DNA of 64,000 bases from Myxococcota bacterium (GTDB lineage Bacteria; Myxococcota_A; UBA796; CAJQPC01), in assembly GCA_036229005.1 (NCBI GenBank), contig JAZAMN010000002.1, positions 1 through 64,000 on the forward strand, read 5' to 3'. The translations under genes were made by a program, and so were the position numbers. This document shows positions 60,383 to 64,000 of this stretch, piece by piece (position 1 is the first letter of the stretch; each line of letters begins with the position of its first letter). The notes beneath the pieces are model-generated. The model was not told the DNA's origin. It made no database searches and worked only from the letters and a program-made list of their open reading frames with translations.

Positions 60383-61189
60383 CTACTCGGCCTCCAGCAG
60401 CCACTCCAGCACCGCGGTGGAGAAGCGCGGTCCGTTCAGCCAAGGCGAGTGGCCGCTGTCCTCCAGCGTCCAGAGCTCCACGCGGTGGCTGCAGCCGGTG
60501 TGGCGCTCCACCGCCGTCTCGTCCTGGTTCGTGCGGGTCAGGTCCAGGCGCGCGCCGGCCTCGCTCCCGGTGCACCCCGCGCGCTCGGACCAGCGCGCCA
60601 CCGAGGCCTGGGCCCCGGGGTACTCGCCCTCGCTCCCCTCGTAGAGGATGGTGGCGTCGTCCTGACCGTGCAGGTGGAGCACATCCACCGGCTCGCCCAC
60701 CGCGCAGTCCGCCTCGTCCCAGGACACCGCCCCCGCCAACCCACCGATCGCGTGGATGCGGTCAGGGGCCTCGCAGGCCATCCGATAGCTCATGAAGTGG
60801 CCGTTGCTGTGGCCAAAGAAGCGCGCGCCCTCTTGGGCCCCCAGCTCCTGCTCCAGCTCGTCCTGAAGCCCGAGCAGAAAGCCCACGTCGTCGACCTCTG
60901 CCTCGGTGTTGCAGCAGAACTCCGTGGCGTCCCAGCTCTGGCGGCCGTCCTGGGGGCGCTCCAGGCCCTCGGGGAGCACCAGGTGAAAGCGCAGCGCGTC
61001 CACCTGCTCGGAGAAGCCCATGTACCAGTCCTGCCGCTCCGCGTGTGCGCCCAGGCCGTGCAGCAGGAACACCGTGGGGAGCGCCTGCCGGCCGTCCCAG
61101 TCGCTGGGGCTGATCACCTGGGTGGGGCGCTCGGCCGGCCCGATCAGGACCGGCTCAGGAGCGCAGGCGCTGAGCACAAAAATCAGCAA
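60383..61189 (-). CDS. PHB-depolymerase/LpqC-like esterase, lipoprotein
   Basis: LSAC leader; LHG, DDVGFL, GHSNG, HGQDD, GHSP. Confidence 0.85.
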   Translation of the reverse strand: MLIFVLSACAPEPVLIGPAERPTQVISPSDWDGRQALPTVFLLHGLGAHAERQDWYMGFSEQVDALRFHLVLPEGLERPQDGRQSWDATEFCCNTEAEVDDVGFLLGLQDELEQELGAQEGARFFGHSNGHFMSYRMACEAPDRIHAIGGLAGAVSWDEADCAVGEPVDVLHLHGQDDATILYEGSEGEYPGAQASVARWSERAGCTGSEAGARLDLTRTNQDETAVERHTGCSHRVELWTLEDSGHSPWLNGPRFSTAVLEWLLEAE

Positions 61190-61204
61190 AACCCAGCTTC
61201 AACC

Positions 61205-62458
61205 TCAATAACTGATCATCGAGAAGAAATAACACATCTCCTCATCCGTGCGCTCGCCGTAGCCGGTGGTGACGGGCTCGTCGTAGGGCAGGTCGGGGTT
61301 CGAGGTGCTGTTGTTCCAGGTGCAGGAGTACTCGAGGGTGTCGCCCTTGGCCAGCACCGGCAGCTCGCCCTCGAACTGGTAGGTCAGCTGGTTGTCGAAG
61401 TCGTAGTCGCCCTGCACCAGGCAGGTGGTGCTGCCATCGGCGTGGGTGATGCTGGCGCTGTAGGCCTTCCCGAGCACGTGCATGTGGGGGAAGATGTTGT
61501 GGATCTTGACGTCGATCGGGTAGGTGTTCTCGAAGTCGCCGCTGTCGGTGTAGGCGTCGTCCCCGGCGGGGATCTCGAAGCGGCTGAGCCCCAGGGGGAC
61601 CAGCAGGACCTGGGTCTCGACCTCGTCCTTGGGCATGGTGCGCAGCTCGTAGCCGCTGCGGTCGTCCTCCCAGGTGGCCTGGGACTGGAAGTAGTGCATC
61701 TGCAGCACGACCACGTCGTCCTTGTCGAGCTTGAGGGCGTTGCCCTCGCCCAGCTCCAGGGGCAGCATCCCGGGGGCCCAAGCACCCAGCATCCCCTCGC
61801 CCGCGCCGGACATGTCGATGCAGTCAAAGCCCTGGGGGTCCCACTGGGACTCGCTGATGTCGCCGCGGTCTGTGGTGAAGGCGACCACGTGGTGCACCAG
61901 GGCTGCGTTGTCCACCGCCGGGGCCAGGGCGTTGATGTACACGTCCTCATCCAGCTCCGGGTCGAGGACAAAGCAGCGGTACTCGTTGCCGGGGTTGGCC
62001 TCGTCCGAGAAGCTGGGCGTGTAGGCCTCGGTCATCAGCAGGGAGATGTCGGCGTCGTCCAGGGTCTCCTTGATGGGCTCCACCCCGGGGTCGTCGGCGA
62101 CATCCCCGAGCTCCTTGCCCTGGTCGATCCAGGCCTGGAGCACGGCCAGCTCGCCGGCGCTCATGTTCATGTGCTCGGAGCCGCTGTAGTCGTGGCACTC
62201 GGGGTCGCTGGTCGCGGGGGGCATGGCGCCGACCTCGACCTGATTCAGCATGACCTCAGCGAAGCTCACCACCGTGTCCGGGTCGGTGAAGTCCCCGATG
62301 CCCAGACCGCCCTCGTAGTGGCAGCGCGTGCAGTGGACATCCAGCAGAGGCTTGACGTCCTTGTAGTAGGTCGTGTCCGCGTTCCCGCCGGACGTGTCTC
62401 CGCTGTCGTCCCCACGGACGTTGGTGTCACAAGCCAAAGCAGCGAGCAGAACAATCAC
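61205..62458 (-). CDS. Copper type II ascorbate-dependent monooxygenase-like lipoprotein with N-terminal CxxCH
   Basis: LALAC-type leader; CTRCH..MPP; YRCF, VHHVV, WAPG, QMHY, PHMH, EMC. Confidence 0.87.
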   Translation of the reverse strand: MIVLLAALACDTNVRGDDSGDTSGGNADTTYYKDVKPLLDVHCTRCHYEGGLGIGDFTDPDTVVSFAEVMLNQVEVGAMPPATSDPECHDYSGSEHMNMSAGELAVLQAWIDQGKELGDVADDPGVEPIKETLDDADISLLMTEAYTPSFSDEANPGNEYRCFVLDPELDEDVYINALAPAVDNAALVHHVVAFTTDRGDISESQWDPQGFDCIDMSGAGEGMLGAWAPGMLPLELGEGNALKLDKDDVVVLQMHYFQSQATWEDDRSGYELRTMPKDEVETQVLLVPLGLSRFEIPAGDDAYTDSGDFENTYPIDVKIHNIFPHMHVLGKAYSASITHADGSTTCLVQGDYDFDNQLTYQFEGELPVLAKGDTLEYSCTWNNSTSNPDLPYDEPVTTGYGERTDEEMCYFFSMISY

Positions 62459-62493
62459 GAGCACCTCCGAAGGCCGCACTGTATAGGTGACTC

Positions 62494-62994
62494 ATGGTCA
62501 CTGGCAATCCCATCACGCTCCTGATCCTGGGCTGTCACCCAACTGAGCCTGTGGACAGCGTCCCCCAGCCCCTGGTCGAGCTGAGCGCGTGGGAGATCCT
62601 GGGGGACGACCAGGACCCCATCGGTCCGGCCCCCAGCCCCTGCGCTCCGACCGCGGTCCACGAAGAGACCGGCTTCCTGGAGATCGAGACCGACGACTGC
62701 CCCTGGGTGACCGTGGGTCAGCTCAGCGGGGCGCGGGTGGGACCGGAGCACGAGCTGGCCATCCTGGCCTGGCACAGCTCCCTTGCTGCCGCCGAGCCCG
62801 CCACCGGACACATGAGCCTGTGGATCGGCGACGAGGAGATCTGGCGCATCGAGCCCGCCATCCCAGGCGACCCGGAGATCCACGAGGCCAGCGTCCAGGT
62901 CACCCAGGAGCACGCCGCCGGGAGCTGGGTGCGCCTGCACGTCCACAACCACGGCGCGAACGCCTGGCGCTTGGGCCGCCTGGAGCGTCGCTGA
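62494..62994 (+). CDS. Hypothetical lipoprotein
   Basis: Leader ILGC; beta-rich; WH and HVHNHG.N.W motifs. Confidence 0.7.
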   Translation: MVTGNPITLLILGCHPTEPVDSVPQPLVELSAWEILGDDQDPIGPAPSPCAPTAVHEETGFLEIETDDCPWVTVGQLSGARVGPEHELAILAWHSSLAAAEPATGHMSLWIGDEEIWRIEPAIPGDPEIHEASVQVTQEHAAGSWVRLHVHNHGANAWRLGRLERR

Positions 62995-62998
62995 CTGC

Positions 62999-64000
62999 TC
63001 AGCCCAGGCCCAGCAGGCGCCCACCCTGGTAGACCACGAAGCTGGCGACCCAGGCCAAGCCCGTCATGTAGACCACCATGAAGATGGGCCACTTCCAGCC
63101 GCGCGTCTCGCGCTTGACCACCGCCAGCGTGCTCATGCACTGGGCGGAGAGGGCAAAGAAGACCAGCAGGCTCAGGCCAGCCAGCGGCGTGTAGACCGGG
63201 CTGCCGTCGGGGTGGGTCTCGGCGTGCATCCGAGCGCGCAGGCCCTCGTCCTGCTCGTCGATGTCCTCGCCCACGCTGTAGACCACGCCCATGGTGCTGA
63301 CGAACACCTCGCGGGCGGCGAAGGCGCCGATGAGGCCGACGCCGATCTTCCAGTCAAAGCCCAGCGGCTCGATGACGGGCTCGATGAAGCGCCCGACCTG
63401 CCCCGCGTAGCTCCCGGCGAGCTGCTCACCCTCACGCTGCTGCTCCAGCGCCTCGACCTGCTCGGGCGAAGAGGCGGCCGCGATGGCCGCGTCGTAGTCC
63501 TGGGACATCGGCACGTTCTGCGGGAAGGACAGCAGGCCCCAGACCACCACCGTACACACCAGGATGACCGTGCCAGCATCCTTGAGGAACTCGCGGGCCC
63601 GGCGCCACATCATCAGCGCCACGTCCTGCAGCTTGGGCCAGCGGTAGGTGGGCAGCTCCAGCACCAGCGGCACCGGCTCGGCCCGCAGCACGGTCTTGGA
63701 CATCAGCCAGGCCGCGGCCAGCGCGGTCACCACCGAGAACACGTACATGCCCAGCAGCAGCCCGGACTGCACCCAGGCCTCCCCGGCGAACAGGGTGCCG
63801 ATGATCAGCGTGTAGACGGGCAGCCGCGCCGAGCAGGTCATCAGCGGCACGACCATCATGGTCAGCAGCCGGTCCCGCTCGCGGGGCATGCTGCGGGTCG
63901 CCATGATCGCCGGGACCGCGCACGCAAAGCCCGAGAGCATGGGCACAAAGGCCCGCCCGTTGAGGCCCATCAGGCGCATCACCCGGTCCATCAGATAGGC
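62999..64000 (-). CDS. feoB: Ferrous iron transporter B (3' part; runs off the window)
   Basis: MDRVM..GLNGRAFVP..GFAC.VPAIMATR, MTCSARLPVY, ELPTY, PLGFDW, AAREVFVST, QCMST. Confidence 0.96.
   Translation of the reverse strand, partial: AYLMDRVMRLMGLNGRAFVPMLSGFACAVPAIMATRSMPRERDRLLTMMVVPLMTCSARLPVYTLIIGTLFAGEAWVQSGLLLGMYVFSVVTALAAAWLMSKTVLRAEPVPLVLELPTYRWPKLQDVALMMWRRAREFLKDAGTVILVCTVVVWGLLSFPQNVPMSQDYDAAIAAASSPEQVEALEQQREGEQLAGSYAGQVGRFIEPVIEPLGFDWKIGVGLIGAFAAREVFVSTMGVVYSVGEDIDEQDEGLRARMHAETHPDGSPVYTPLAGLSLLVFFALSAQCMSTLAVVKRETRGWKWPIFMVVYMTGLAWVASFVVYQGGRLLGLG

Noticed and set aside
60790..60815. GHSNGH instead of GHSNGG in the esterase
   Set aside because: The GxSxG nucleophile motif is intact; one substitution is not enough to claim anything.

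Overview
This is a very GC-rich, gene-dense chromosomal segment. MYXO-CTERM-like sorting, MopE-type Cys repeats, DSD-repeat lipoproteins and a Ser/Thr kinase suggest a Myxococcota-like bacterium (inference). From left to right it contains: (1) an IS4-family (IS10-like) element beside a cluster of hairpins; (2) a minus-strand run of a small ORF, a DsbD_2/TauE-like membrane protein, a Crp/Fnr regulator, an orphan contractile-tail tube gene coupled to a methyltransferase, and a lipoprotein; (3) a divergent cbb3 oxidase operon (ccoNOQP, short H-like, ccoI, ccoS) with a consensus sigma-54 promoter, followed by an NtrC-type regulator and a convergent globin-coupled histidine kinase; (4) envelope proteins, bcp and a 5'-nucleotidase bracketed by a ~50 bp direct repeat; (5) an 11-gene minus-strand operon joining an Opp/Dpp-type ABC importer to uncharacterised exported proteins; (6) a beta-helix/MopE surface protein and a Ser/Thr kinase with a ComEA-like HhH C-terminus; (7) a hybrid kinase, dusB, a glycosyltransferase with wzt, and a nuclease-led operon of unknowns; (8) housekeeping genes (yggS, maf, thioesterase, phosphatase, large NAD-GDH, PmbA/TldD-family, pal, tatD); (9) a heme-c-motif copper monooxygenase and the 3' end of feoB. 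I saw no rRNA, tRNA or CRISPR array. All assignments come from reading motifs by eye with no database searches, and several start codons were moved from the ORF track using RBS and overlap evidence.
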